A stretch of DNA of 64,000 bases from assembly GCA_951406725.2 (NCBI GenBank), contig OX597817.1, positions 40,734,001 to 40,798,000 on the forward strand. The letters run 5' to 3'. A model generated the notes under the pieces. It did not search any database. It was not told the DNA's origin and saw only the letters and a list, made by a program, of their open reading frames with translations. A program made the position numbers and the translations under genes. Positions 1 to 12,159 of this stretch are shown here, piece after piece; the first letter of the stretch is position 1; each line of letters begins with the position of its first letter. The DNA is from Octopus vulgaris. Taxonomy: Eukaryota.

Positions 1-465
1 TCACGCTTGGATGTGCTTTTAACGTTCCACTGGCACAAGTACCAATCAGGTGGTGCTGTCATTGACCACTTCAGCGATTTTGATTTGTTTACACTTGCCC
101 CAATAGGTCTTTGCAAGCAAAGTTCATTGTCCAATGAATGAGGGGTACTTATAAATGGCCCTGTTACACCCCACGTTCCACTGACATGAGTGCCAATCAG
201 GCAGTTTTGTTGTCGGCCACATCAGCAATTTTGATTTTGATATCCCTTGCGTCAATAGTTCTTCACAAGCAAAGTTTATTGTCCAATGAATGAAGGGTAT
301 TCATAAATGGGCTGGTTATACCCACTGTCATAGGCCATGGGCTATGGTCTCACTTGGCTTGTTGGGTCTTCTCAAGCACAGCATATCTCGAAAGGTCCCG
401 GTCACTAGTCATTGCCTTGGTAAGGCCCAATGTTCGAAGGTCATGCTTCACCACCTTACCCCAGG
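1..465 (-). mobile_element. RTE-clade LINE 3' fragment (ORF C-terminus plus start of 3' UTR)
   Basis: Minus strand reads TWGKVVKHDLRTLGLTKAMTSDRDLSRYAVLEKTQQAK*, a typical RTE ORF end. It continues into the UTR motifs shared with the (GAT)n-tailed copies elsewhere in the window. Confidence 0.75.
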
Positions 466-586
466 TTTTCATGATTGTAAAGCCAGCTTCTTAACCAATC
501 AGCTATGCTTTAACCCGTTGAATACTGACCCCACCCCATCCCCCTGCTTCTATGACTCAACCATTCTATTTTAAAGTGATTTAATT

Positions 587-808
587 GTTTAGCTTTCAGA
601 TCATCCTGTCAAATGTAATGCTTATTATATTCACATTGCTTTGAATTAATAAAGCGTTATCTCATAGTTTTGAGATTTTGATGGTGTGATTGTTTATTTT
701 GAGAATGACATTGTCAGGTAGGTGTAAGAAACCAGATCTGGGTAGTCTGAACTTGAACAGGTATAATGTTTTGACTGGAGTTGGCTTGTTTAAATGCTAA
801 CAGGTTGA
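587..808. mobile_element. Degenerate piggyBac-type MITE (family also at ~37093-37462 and ~51570-51770)
   Basis: Shared internal sequence tcagat..ctgtcaaatgtaatg...gagattt..atg.tgt.attgtttatttt..aatgacattgt.ggtaggtgtaaga in three places, with decayed TTAA-CCC-like ends. Confidence 0.5.
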
Positions 809-1019
809 AAATAAAATACCCTTTTTCCATAAATTAATTTGTTGCAAAAATGAGCTTTAAAATAAAATATTTTAGTATATTCTTCATTATTTTAAAAATT
901 AATTGAAATTAAGAGGATATATTTCAACAGAAATATAGTTAATGTAGTGTTGAAACTAAAATCTTTTTATTTTTATTTTCATGTATTGCTATTTTAATCC
1001 TTTTCCCTTTGTTTTTCAG

Positions 1020-1076
1020 TTTGTCTTTAGGAATACATCTAATGTCAGTATCATGTTAACTTGGGCTGATGATGGC
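1020..1076 (+). CDS. SORT1: Sortilin-like Vps10p receptor, exon A (first exon in window): FVFRNTSNVSIMLTWADDG
   Basis: tttttcag acceptor, gtaagt donor, 57 nt, phase 0/0. Aligns to human sortilin [20 protein letters not shown]. Confidence 0.8.
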
Positions 1077-1635
1077 GTAAGTATAGTCAGCAAAAATTCT
1101 TTTTTATGTGATATCTTTCTTTTATCTTTTATTTGTTTTATTCATTAGACTGCAGCCATGTTAGGTCACCACTTTGAAGGAACTTAGTCAAACAAATCAA
1201 CCCCATTAGTTATCTCTTTGTAAAATCATTATCTTTTGTTGAACTATTAAATTATGGCTATGTAAACACACCACCACCAGTTGTCAAGCAGTGATGGGGG
1301 ACTAACACACACACACACAAACAGGCTTCTTCCAGTTTCTGTCTACTACCAAATCCCCTCAAAAAGCTTTGGTCGGATTGAGGCTATAGAAAAAAACGTC
1401 CAATGTTCCATGCAGTGGACTGAACCCAGTACCATGAGGTTGGGAAGCAAGCTTCTTACCACACAGCCATGCCTGTACCTATGTACTATCTTTGAATTGT
1501 TGGTTTACAAATATGCATTTATATGATTGTGTTTTTATTTAAATATTTTTGTAACTACATCCAGATTTTCAGTTTGATTGACTGCTGCATACAGGATGTT
1601 TTATTGTGGGGAAGCAGAACTTGAACTTGAACAAA

Positions 1636-1869
1636 AGGCTGCGAGCTGGCAGAATCGTTAGCATGTCAGACGAAATGCTTAGCAGTATTTCGTCTGCCAT
1701 TACATTCTGAGTTCAAATTCCGCCGAGGTCAACTTTGCCTTTCATCCTTTCAGGGTTGATAAATTAAGTACCAGTTACGCACTGGGGTCAATGTAATTGA
1801 CTTAATCCCTTTGTCTGTCCTTGTTTGTCTCCTTTAGGTTTCGCCCCTTGTGGGCAATAAAGAAATAAG
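1636..1869 (+). mobile_element. tRNA-derived SINE family B (Meta-domain-like core) with TSD
   Basis: Head ggc.gcgagctggcagaatcgttagc with B-box gagttcaaattcc; core gcctttcatcctttc.ggg.tgataaattaagtaccag; flanked by duplicated agaacttgaacttg. About 10 further copies, e.g. 17883, 19722, 25901, 27343, 28195(-), 37135, 53488, 60457. Confidence 0.85.
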
Positions 1870-3038
1870 AACTTGAACTTGTGACCTTGCTGATATTTAG
1901 CTTCACTGAAAGTTCACAGCTGCATATTTTTTAGTATTTTTATACAAGTAGTAAACAATAGTGTTGTTGTTTACAGAGTTCCACTATGATAATCTTGGGT
2001 TCCAGTGCATTTCTGTTGGTGTGGTGAGAGTCACAAGGGATTGTTTGTAACTCGGTGCAGAATAAATATCACAAAGAACTGTGTTTAAAATGTATTATCA
2101 TCATTTAGTGTTCGTTTTCGATGCTGACATTGGTAAGACAGTTTCACTTGAATTGGTAAGCTGTAGAACTGCATCAAGCTCCAGTGTGTTTTGGCTTAGT
2201 TTCAATGGCTGGATGCCCTTCCTAATGCCAACCACTCCAGAGTATACTGGATGTCTTTTACATGTCACTGGCATTGGTACCTCTCACCTGTCACTGGCAC
2301 AGGTGCCTTTCACATATTAAATAATTTCTTAGTTTTTCTTACTGATATATATATATCAGCAGAAGACTTACCTGTTAATACTCACACATATATAAGTGGC
2401 TTCTGTGAATCAAAGTACACCCATGAAGTATTGCTCAGCTCAAGGCCAAAGTTGAAGATATTTGTTGAAGGTGCTGTTCAGTGGGATTGAACCTAAAACC
2501 ACATGGTTCCAAAGCCAGTGGCTTAACCACACAGCCATGCCTGTACCACGTGCATGCACATTTTAAATTTTTTTGAAATTTACTATTTTCATCAAAAGTT
2601 CAGATGGAATGTTAAAAGCTGTGATGTTAAGTTATTGGACAACTGATCACATTTGCTTGAGTTCAGACCTTCCCTGTTTAAAATACATTCCTGTATTTTC
2701 ATTCATTCTGCCTCACCAGTATCTGATTCTACTCTAACTTTTATTGTTGATGGTAAGTACCTATTTGGAGAACAAGGTGTCTATCACTAAAAACTTAAAG
2801 CTCCAGAAATAAGTAATTGTTCAAATTTTCAAAAACCACTTCACTAATACTTACGTAACCTGTAGCTTTTCAGTTTTCTTTATCTTATTTTCAACAATTG
2901 TACGACCTTTCTATAGTTAACACTATTTATGGTCCAAGTAGGAATGACGCTGTGTTTTTTCCCCACTAAACAAAGACAAGCTGAAATGGAATGTCTTGTT
3001 CATGTGTACAGCACAATAACTGTAGTAAAATTTGAACT

Positions 3039-5745
3039 TATAATAATAATAATGAAATTATTGTATACAGTGCTCAGGTGCACCACAACTTGTCAGAAAG
3101 TGCATATAAAGTACATGCAGTAATGTAGAAATGTCTGGAAAGCGAACAATGTATGAGTCAGATACATGCTTGTGTGTGTATGGAGGAGAGAAAATCAAGT
3201 GTAGTGTTGGCGAATCTCAGGAAGCATGGAAGTTTTGAAGGATGCAGTGCTCCGACAACTAACAACTGATGCCGGCAGTTTGTTCCATGCTTCAGCAACT
3301 CTCAGTGTGAAAAAATGTTTCCTGAAGTCATGGGAGCTATGCTGTTTTCTTACTTTGTAAATATGTCCACGGGTGTTAGATGGGTGGAGTTTGAAAAGGT
3401 GCTCAGAGTTATTGTTTGTACGATGGTTGATAATTTTATGGGTGTCTGCCAAGTCAGCTGCCAGACGTCGGAGTTTCAATGTGTCCATTCCCAGGGAAGT
3501 AAGGCGTTTAGGATATGGCAAATGCCTGATGGAGGGTATTCTTTTGGTTGCACGTCGCTGAACAGCTTCCAGACGATTGATATCCTGGGCAAGATAGGGG
3601 TTCCAGACCGGTGATGCAAATTCCAGGTGAGGTCTTACCATAGCTATATAAAGCCGCAGATAGATAGCCGGAGAGCGGCTCACAAAGGATTTGGTGAGTG
3701 ATGCCAAGACACCCTCAGCCTTCTTGACAATTTTAGCGATGTGTTTTGTCCAACACAAATCACTGTCGACAATAACACCCAGGTCACGTTCACATGAAGA
3801 CTTTTTGAGACTAGTGTTGTGGAGGGAGTAGGTGGACGCTGGGTTTCTCCTCCCAAAATGCATGGTGGTATATTTGTCCACAGCCAGCTTGAGTTGCCAG
3901 TCCATGATCCACTGCTGCATTGTGTCCAGGTCTGCTTGCAATAGTGATCTATAGTGTACAGGATTTGACCTCTTTATTTCGAGGTACAGCTTGATGTCAT
4001 CTGCATATTTCAGCACTGTGGCATTCTTTAAGTTGGCATCTATGTCATTAACATATGCAACAAATAAAAGGGGGCCAAGAACAGATCCCTGTGGTACACC
4101 AGATGTCATCTCATAGGGCGAAGAGTGCTATCCTAGAACTGTGACAACCTCTTTTCGGCTGAAAATAAAGGACTTCAACCAGTTATAGAGTTTGTCTCTT
4201 ACACCCAACGCAGAAAGCTTCACCATAAGTCTTTTGTGTGGCACAGAGTTAAAAGCCTTAGCAAAGTCCAGGTAAACAACATCTACCCAGGATCCGCGAT
4301 CAGTGATTTGGGTAACGTCCTCAAAAAACTCGATGAGTTGATTACAGCAGCTGGAGTTAGAAATAAATCCGAATTGTGACGGCTGGATGAGGCTGTGAGA
4401 CTTCCAGAAGTTCCAGAGGGTTTCTCTGATACAGGATTCCATCAGTTTGGCGATGCAGCTAGTAAGACTGACGGGGCGATAGTTGACAGGCGATGTGCGG
4501 TTGCCTTTTTTGAACAGAGGGATGACACTGGCAGTTTTCTACTGTTCTGGAGTAACACCATTGTCAAGACAGAATTGGAAGAATAGAGAAAGTTGGCTTA
4601 GAAGAAAGTACCCACCGCGTTTGAGAAGTAGGTATGTAACACCATCGAGACCAAGAGAGGCATAATTGCATTTATTCTTTAGGTGGCATTGCAGCATTGC
4701 TGGTGTAAATTGCATAGTAGATATAGAGTCCGATGTCAGTGGTGATGAAGATGGAACATTTTGGTCTTCGACAGTAAAGATGCTAGCATAGCATCCAGCA
4801 ATGATTTCTGCACATTGTTCGGGATTGCCAGTAATCTGTCCTGTGTGGGGATTGCGAAGGGGACCAACTGGAGAGTGGGGTCTCTGCTTTGAGTGCACAT
4901 ACTTCCAGAACACTTTGCTGTCAGGGTTAGCTGCAATGCATTGTTCAAATTCAAGCACTGCCTTTTTTGTCACCTGCTTGAGGTGGTTGGCTGACCTATT
5001 GCGCTTTTTCCTGTTGCTCTCTGATTTGTGCAATTTGTATTCCCGTTCAGCATTACGGCGTTCTTTCCTGGCAAGTCGGACTGCTGCAGTCTCCCAAATT
5101 GCACTATTGGGTGGTTTTTTGTGCTTGTGTGGTACTGATGCTGCACATGTTGCCCATATTGAATTCAGAATGTTCTGGAGTATAGTGTCCACATCTCCAG
5201 AGGCATAAAATTCGTGCCAGTTTGGGCATTGCAGCTCAGTACAATAAGAGCTCCAGTTTGCTTTATTTCAGTCAAAGCGGGCAGTCTGAAGATGGTTGTG
5301 TTTTTTGTTACAACCAATCAGAGACAAGTCGGCCATGATCATAGAATGATCAGAGTCACCTAAAGGTTCTTCGGTAGCGACACTAATGATTGTTTCAGGA
5401 GAAGCGGTAAGTAGCAGATCCAAAGTGTTGTTACCCCTTGTGGGGGAGGTAACAACTTGGGACCAATTTGAATTCAGCACCAGTTCAAGGAAATCGTCTG
5501 CACTTTGCAGCCAGCGGAAGGCCTCCCAGTCAATCTCAGGGAAATTGAAGTCCCCCGCAATATACACATATGTGGCTGTTTTCATGGCAGCAGCTCTGAG
5601 GATATCAAAAAGCTGTGCATCTTGGCGATAATTTGGAGGATGGTAAACGACTCTGAGCAGAAGTGTTGACATGGTCGTAAACGACTCCAAGCAGAAGTGT
5701 TGACATATATGCTCAGTGGTTGCGAAATGGAGTTTTAACGTCACA
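3039..5745 (-). mobile_element. 5'-truncated CR1/L2-like LINE (APE endonuclease + RT), pseudogenised by 3 in-frame stops
   Basis: ORFs 5268-5810, 4539-5192, 4128-4442 and 3195-4109 share one frame. Motifs GDFNFPEIDW, SDH, YLDFAKAF, GVPQGSVLGPLLF, YADD; (ATT)n tail at ~3040. Confidence 0.92.
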
Positions 5746-5908
5746 GTTACTGTGCATGCGCATGCGTGTGTGTAATAACTTGATCTTGTTCTATCACTGG
5801 CCAACCTCAAAATAATATTGCTAAAAAGTTAGGTGTTTAATATATACTTCAATTATAGAAGAGAACTGTCACTTCTGAAGGTGGATTATGTAAAATACTT
5901 TTTTTATA

Positions 5909-6150
5909 GGCGTAGAGTGGCTGTGTGGTAAATAGCTTGCTTACCAACCTCATGGTTCCGGGTTCAGTCCCACTGCATGGCACCTTGGGCATGTGTCTTC
6001 TACTATAGCCTTGGGCCGACCAAAGCCTGGTTAGTGGATTTGGTAGACGGAAACTGAGAGAAGTCCGTCATATATATGTATATATATATATATGTGTGTG
6101 TGTTTGTGTGTCTGTGTTTGTCACATGACTGAAATAAGTAAAAGAGAATA
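5909..6150 (+). mobile_element. tRNA-derived SINE family A (internally deleted copy)
   Basis: Head ggcgtagagtggctgtgtggt...ccgggttcagtcccactg; core caccttgggca.gtgtcttctactatagcc...gtggatttggtagacggaaactga. Confidence 0.85.
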
Positions 6151-6299
6151 CTTCTATGAATAATTAATGGTATTGTTGCTGTGTCATATATATTAGTATT
6201 TATACCTTCAACAGATTCTCCCTCAGTCAACTGGAAGAGCAATGACTATTCCTTATTGAGTCTTCCTTCACACATGCATCATTTTAGTTGTGTAGGCAC

Positions 6300-6715
6300 T
6301 CCACCTGACTGTCCTACCCTTTATGACAAGTATAACCAGCCACTATTATGACAAATACTCCAATCCACCATATGCCTTAAGCTCACCCTTCCACTACAAG
6401 GTATTCATTAATTCCAAACAAAACCTACCAACCTACAATAGGTTCCATATTGTCTTCCTAAAGCCAACATTGGTGGTACCCTAAAAGGATTTTAGGAGGG
6501 CTATGATGTCTCTGCCAGCCAAACAAACTTGTCGGTATACTCTCTCCACTCTTAGCAAACTTTATATTCCAGGTAAACCAACCAATCTACTGTAAGCTTG
6601 CCTCTTACTCCTGAAGTCCCCTTTCCCTCATACTTACAAACTCATCACTCTTTAACAATATTATGAAGAGTTGTGAGCCAACAATGAAGGCAACTACACT
6701 AGGAGAATAATATCT
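6300..6715 (+). mobile_element. Highly decayed Penelope-like element fragment (RT-endonuclease linker region)
   Basis: Broken peptide relics NPPYALS, STVSL..SYS and a possible Cys-linker remnant resemble the PLE WFNPPY...TVKxSYSC...CNC...CPL region. Weak. Confidence 0.35.
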
Positions 6716-6777
6716 CTGGCATGTAAAAGGCACCATTCGAGCGTGGTCGTTACCAGCATTGCCTTACTGGCATTTGT

Positions 6778-9137
6778 GGACCCCAACCTCTACCTTGAAT
6801 TCTTCGGTGAACACGTTGCTAACCCTTACCTTACTTACAGCGTCCCTGTACATGACTTGCACAGCTCTCAATAACCATTCATCTATCCCTAGTTTCCTCA
6901 TTGATCACCTGATAAGGGATCGGGGGACCCTGTCAAAGGCTTTCTCCATGTCAACAAAAGCAAGGTACAGGGGCTTATCTTTGGCTAGGTATTTCTCCTG
7001 CAGCTGTCTCACCAGAAATATGGCATCAGTGGTGCTTTTCCCTGGCACGAAACCAAACTGCATCTCATCCAAGTTGACTCTCTCCCTAATCGGTTGGGCT
7101 ATGACCCTCTCCATAACCTTCATTACCTGATCCAACAGCTTGATACCTCTGTAATTATTTGTATCTAGGGCGTCACATTTACCATTGTAGCAGTTGACTA
7201 TTATGCTGCTACACCAGTCATTGGGTATGACTCCTTCGTGTATCACCTGGTTAACTATACGGGTGACTAGGCTATAGCTGACACTGCCAGATATTTTGAG
7301 CATCTCTGCAGTAATTCCTGATGGGCCTGGTGCTTTTCCTGTCTTCATGCTTCTAATTGCCTTAACTACCAAAGAACTGTCAACTCGGATAGCTGGTCCC
7401 TCTGTTGGGTCAACAGTCGGCAGACTCTCTTCATCCCATTCATTTTCTTTATTCAGCAATCTTTCATAGTGGCATCTCCAAACCTCTCTCCTTGCATCCT
7501 CATTTAGCGCAAGTGAACCATCACATTTCTCTCCTACCACATGACGATTCTCTCTCACACACTGTCTTGCAACACAAAATACCTCAAGTCTTTGGTTCTC
7601 ACGACGCAGAATATTGGCAAATTTTTTCTTATCTGCTTCCTCTCTGGCTAAATAAACCTGTCTCCTAGCTTCCCTTCTGGCAGTCTGATACAGTTTCCTG
7701 CTACCTCCATTCTTTTAGTCCTTCCAAGCCTGTTTCTAGTCCTTCCAAGCCTTTTTCTTTTGTCTAATAGCACTGTCAACCACATTGTTCCACCACCATG
7801 TTACCTTGGGTCGAGTGGAGACTTTGCACCAGCCACATCTGGTCAGTGGCTCTTAGCAGGTTGTTCCGTAGAAACCTCCAGTTGTCTTCCACATTGTGTT
7901 GTGCTATATCCCCTTCTATTTCATCAAAGGCTTCGAGTAATACGTTTTTAAATCCCTGCCCATTTGCAGGATCTTTAAGTTTCCAGACCCTTCTCCTCCA
8001 GGCTGGTCTTCTTCTGAGCAACCATTCAACCCTGATCCTGAAGTTGCTAACTACTAATCTATGTTGAGGGGTACATTCTTCTCCTGGGAAGGTTCTGGCA
8101 TTTATAAGCAGCCCTCTTTCCCTTTTTCTGGTGAGGATATAGTCAATTTGGCTAGTGTGTCTGCCAGAACGATAGGTGATTAGGTGACGGGCGGGTTTCC
8201 TGAAGTTGGTATTGCAAACCATAAGATCATTTGCATCGCAGAACTCCAGCAGTCTGATTCCCTCCTCATTGCGGGAACCAAAACCATAGCCTCCATGTAT
8301 GCCATGGAAGACCCCTGCACGTTGTCCAACATGTCCATTGAAATCACCAGCCACAAAAAAATGGTCTCTGTCATTCGTCAACGAGGTAGTCTGCAATAGG
8401 GTGTTGTAGAATCGGTCTTTCTGACTCTCTGGTAGCCCTGGCTGAGGGGCATAGGCCGAGTAATGGTAGCTGACCTATGGTGAAGCACTAATCTAATCTT
8501 AAGTACTCTGTCACATACTCTGACTACCTCGATTACCTTATCAATCCATTTCTCCACAAGAAGTATACCCACGCCCCCGACCCCGTCAGTGTTCCCTGCC
8601 CAGAAAATCTTGTACCTGTGTTCTTTGCCTGTGATGAACCTAGCGGAACCTCCTCTCCACCTTACTTCTTGGATGCAGCACAAATCTACATGTCTCTGCT
8701 CAAGCATCTCAACTATTTCACCAGACCTACCTTTCAGTGTGCCAACTCTGAGGGTGTGGGAGGTGTGGGCCTATGAGACCCTGGGATGAGGGACAGCCAG
8801 TGTCATGTACCTGAAAAGAAAGCTCGCATTTGGCAGGATTCATAAGAAACACTAAACTACAACTGACGAACACTACACCATTTTCATGCGCTATATGATC
8901 AAATAGGCCCTACATAGGGGTGGGGGTGGGAATTTTGCCCTTAGAAAGGGGTGTGGGTGGCATTTGGCCCTTAAAAGTGTTCGTGGGAGGTAAACGAGGA
9001 AGACATAGGTTAGGGACTTCCGGTAAAGGTGGAGGGGTGGGAGGCGAGTGTACCGCGAATCAGCAATGTTAGACTAGAGCACAGACTTCTGCCCTTGTAT
9101 ACTATGGTTTAACAAATTTAGAGAGAATGAATGAACG
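6778..9137 (-). mobile_element. RTE-clade LINE, 3'-truncated and frameshifted (APE + N-terminal RT), with putative 5' UTR
   Basis: GTLKGRSGEIVEML...CCIQEVRW, GDFNGHVG, SQIDYIL, YRGIKLL, QFGFVPGKSTTDAIFLVRQLQEK, FVDMEKAFDRVPR. The 5' UTR boundary is uncertain. Confidence 0.92.
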
Positions 9138-9659
9138 AAATGATAACCTTGATTAGGATAGACAAATAAATAAATAAATAAGTAAAACATTGCGATTAAC
9201 AGACGAATCTATCGGTACCATGTTTACATGATACGAGATAGATATATAATAGAGAGCGAGGAGGGGGGTAGGGTTATGATCTATGCATGAAACATGGAGA
9301 ACATGAACGATGGTTGAGAAGTCAAAGTTTTTCCTTATCTCAGCATCTTCTGAGATCTGTGTTCCAACAGCAGGGGGATTGCAAATCGAGTAGGGGAAAA
9401 ACAGGGTTTGCACTAGTTTATATAGAATTAGGGTTAGGGGGGAAAGTGTTGGTACAACAGATGGTAAATCGAAGCGAGATAGAGAGGGAGAGAGAGGGGG
9501 GGGGCTCAAGCAGTAAATACACCACTTGGGAGAAGGAGGAAATTCTTAGGGGTTCAAAGTAAGATAAATTTAATGGAACAAGAAATGCCAAAATCCTGAG
9601 ATAGAATAGAAAAATATTTTGAGATTTTGGGAAACATAATTTAAATGATAACCTTGATA

Positions 9660-10020
9660 ACATCACTAAGAATTATATGTAACACTATAAGGACTGACAG
9701 AAGTACAAAAGAATCTTTTCTCTGAGACCTCCTTCCAGACTTACTGTAAATGACTGATTACAGTGACTTTGCTATTCTCACAGAACCAAGAATAGAATCA
9801 ACTCCTCTCTTGCCTGCTACATCTGGAAAGTAAGCAATAGCTGATACCAACATTTCCTATATGCTGGAACCATCAATCCTATATTGAAATGGATCAAAGA
9901 GATGCAGTTTATATTTGACAGATGCATCGAATTTTTACTCAACAGTTTAATATGTTAAACAGGAAATACAAACTTATTGTCCACAAGCAGGCATGTGAAC
10001 AAACTAGTTATAAGAAATTT
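9660..10020 (+). mobile_element. Decayed Penelope-like GIY-YIG C-terminal fragment
   Basis: Relics SETSFQT, KNRINSSLACYIWKV, NGSKRCSLYLTD, MLNRK and STSRHVNKL match the PLE S.LS.YIW.L...NGSKRC.LCL.E...LN.R.E...C.H pattern, with frameshifts. Confidence 0.6.
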
Positions 10021-10745
10021 CAGTTGTAGACTGGGTAACTGTCTCTATTGTCAGCTGCATAGAGCATTGGCTATAGACACTGGGCGACAGTACATAGTGA
10101 GAATTCCCTTTTCTATAATATTACAATGAGCATATAGCCATCTCTTGTTCTCTTATAGTTGAATAACTTGACTACATGTATTGAGAACTTTTGTTGCACA
10201 ACCTCAAGGATATTCTAATTGAGCAGCCTTTTTGCTCAACGGCATTACGTCCTTGATAATTCCATCTTCTATTTTCAGGCTTAGTATATCTAGGTCTACA
10301 TTTCCTATTGTGTTAGTTCTTTTATAATATTGTAGGTTACAATCTGAGGGTAATTTGGCTACCATTTCTAGTAGATTGAGCAACCATTAGCTTGATTAAA
10401 TCTGGTATTGGGATGTGCATAGATTGTACCCTGTGGAATGTTTAGAAAGAGATGAAATAAATAAATAGATAGCATTAACACACCTGTGCCAGTGCTGCAT
10501 AAACACATCCATGCTAGAGGCATGTAAAAGCACCTAGTACACTTTAAGTGGTTGTCATTAGGAAGGGCATTCAGCTGTAGAAACCATGCCACAACAGACA
10601 GTTGGAGCCTGAAGAGCTCCCTGCTAGCCTGTTCTATCTCAAACTATCCAACCTATGCCAGCATGGAAAGTAGACATTAAACGATGATGATGATATACAT
10701 ATACACACACGCACATATATATTATACATATGTACACACACACAC

Positions 10746-10780
<35 letters not shown>

Positions 10781-10789
10781 ACATCACTT

Positions 10790-11058
10790 CACTGGCACCT
10801 GTAAAAGATTTGGTGGCACGTGTAAAAGATTCGAGCGAGGTCATTGCCTGTACCGCCTGACTGGCCCCTGTGCTGGTGGCACGTAAAAAGCACCCACTAC
10901 ACTCTCGGAGTAGTTGGCGTTAGAAAGAGCATCCAGCTGTAGAAACTCTGCCAGATCAAGACTGGAGCCTGGTGCAGCCATCTGGTTTCCAGCCCTCAAT
11001 CAAAACCGTCCAACCCATGCTAGCATGGAAAACGGACGTTAAACAATGATGATGATGA
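10790..11058 (+). mobile_element. RTE 3'-UTR copy with (GAT)n tail
   Basis: ggcacgtaaaaagcacccactacactctcggag...catccagctgtagaaactctgcc...acccatgctagcatggaaaacggacgttaaac-(gat)n. More than 15 copies, e.g. 27850, 34974(-), 37700, 39322(-), 40200, 44090(-), 49662. Confidence 0.8.
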
Positions 11059-11070
11059 TATATATGTATT

Positions 11071-11885
11071 CTGAAAAGCGAAAAGTTTGTCTGGTTTTGG
11101 CATTGGAACAGGTTAAGGGGCACTAGATCCCGTCGGATTGACTCCAAAATTTACAGGGACATGTAAAATGAGGTGAGGATGCAAGTGAGCTAGGTTAGAA
11201 ATCCCTATCTTGAAAGGTGTGGTTACTAGATCGGAAAACGCACATTTTGACAAGTCTAATCTCATTCTATTATCTGCCTGTCTTCCTCCATCTCTCTCTC
11301 TCTTTCCTTTCAATTTCTCTCTATAGCGTCTACTATCTTTCCTCCGCCGCATTCAATATTTTTACGCTTTTTAAACCCTTCGACGTTATTTGCATTCACT
11401 CATTATTACTTTCTCTCTCCCCCCTCTCTCTATCTATATATATAAAGAGAATGATTCTCATGATTGTGTGGTGGTGGTGGTGGTGATGATAATTCTCTCT
11501 ATTAATGCAGACAGACGTAGAGAGAGAGAGAGTGACAGCGCTGGCGAAGGTGGCGGAGGAAAGATAGTAGACGGTATCAAACGACGTTATAGAGAGAAAG
11601 TGAAAGGAAGGGAGAAAGTAATAATGAGTGAATGAGAATAACGATGAAGGGTTTAAAAACCGTAAAGATATTTTCTTTCTCAACCTACTCAAGATTATAA
11701 ATGGGAGAGAGAAAGATTGAGAGTAAGAGAAAGTGAAGGAAAGTCCGAGAGAAATGAAGAATGAGAGAGTGGGAAAGTGAGAGAGAAACAAAGGGGGAGA
11801 ATGTAGCGATAAGAAACAGAAAGGAAGCAACAGAAAGTAACAACCACAACCTCACCCGCGCATAGAGCGGGTCACCTTAAGTTAG
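11071..11885 (+). mobile_element. Non-autonomous Helitron
   Basis: 5' TC-TGAAAAGCGAAAAGTTTGTCTGG; 3' GC hairpin cccgc-gcataga-gcggg about 10 nt before a TTAG-T end (decayed CTAG); internal inverted segments. Confidence 0.65.
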
Positions 11886-11899
11886 TATATATATATATA

Positions 11900-12121
11900 T
11901 ATAATAATATATATTTCAACATGTGACCTCGTGAGCACCGCCAGCAATTTTTTTCCTCTGTCTTCCCTTCTCGGGATCTTTCCTTCTCCTTTGTTTCCGA
12001 CGAAGAGCTCCACTCGAAACATTAAACCCTCCTTCTTCCCTTCTTTCCTGAGCATCCAATAATACTTTATTTGTTCCACGTCCTCGTGTTGCTGTGTTTT
12101 TTTGTGTTTTCTTGTTTGGAT

Positions 12122-12125
<4 letters not shown>
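11900..12125 (+). mobile_element. Short Penelope pseudo-LTR-like insertion in a (TA)n tract with a minimal hammerhead-like motif
   Basis: Flanked by (TA)n on both sides. Contains GTTT-CCGACGA-A-GAG-ctcca-CTC-GAAAC-ATT-AAAC (11993-12027). Confidence 0.65.

Positions 12126-12156
<31 letters not shown>

Positions 12157-12159
<3 letters not shown>

Noticed and set aside
9784-9829. Cassette exon of sortilin (cag...gtaagc)
   Set aside because: 46 nt with an in-frame stop, not needed for the protein alignment, and lies within a decayed PLE fragment.
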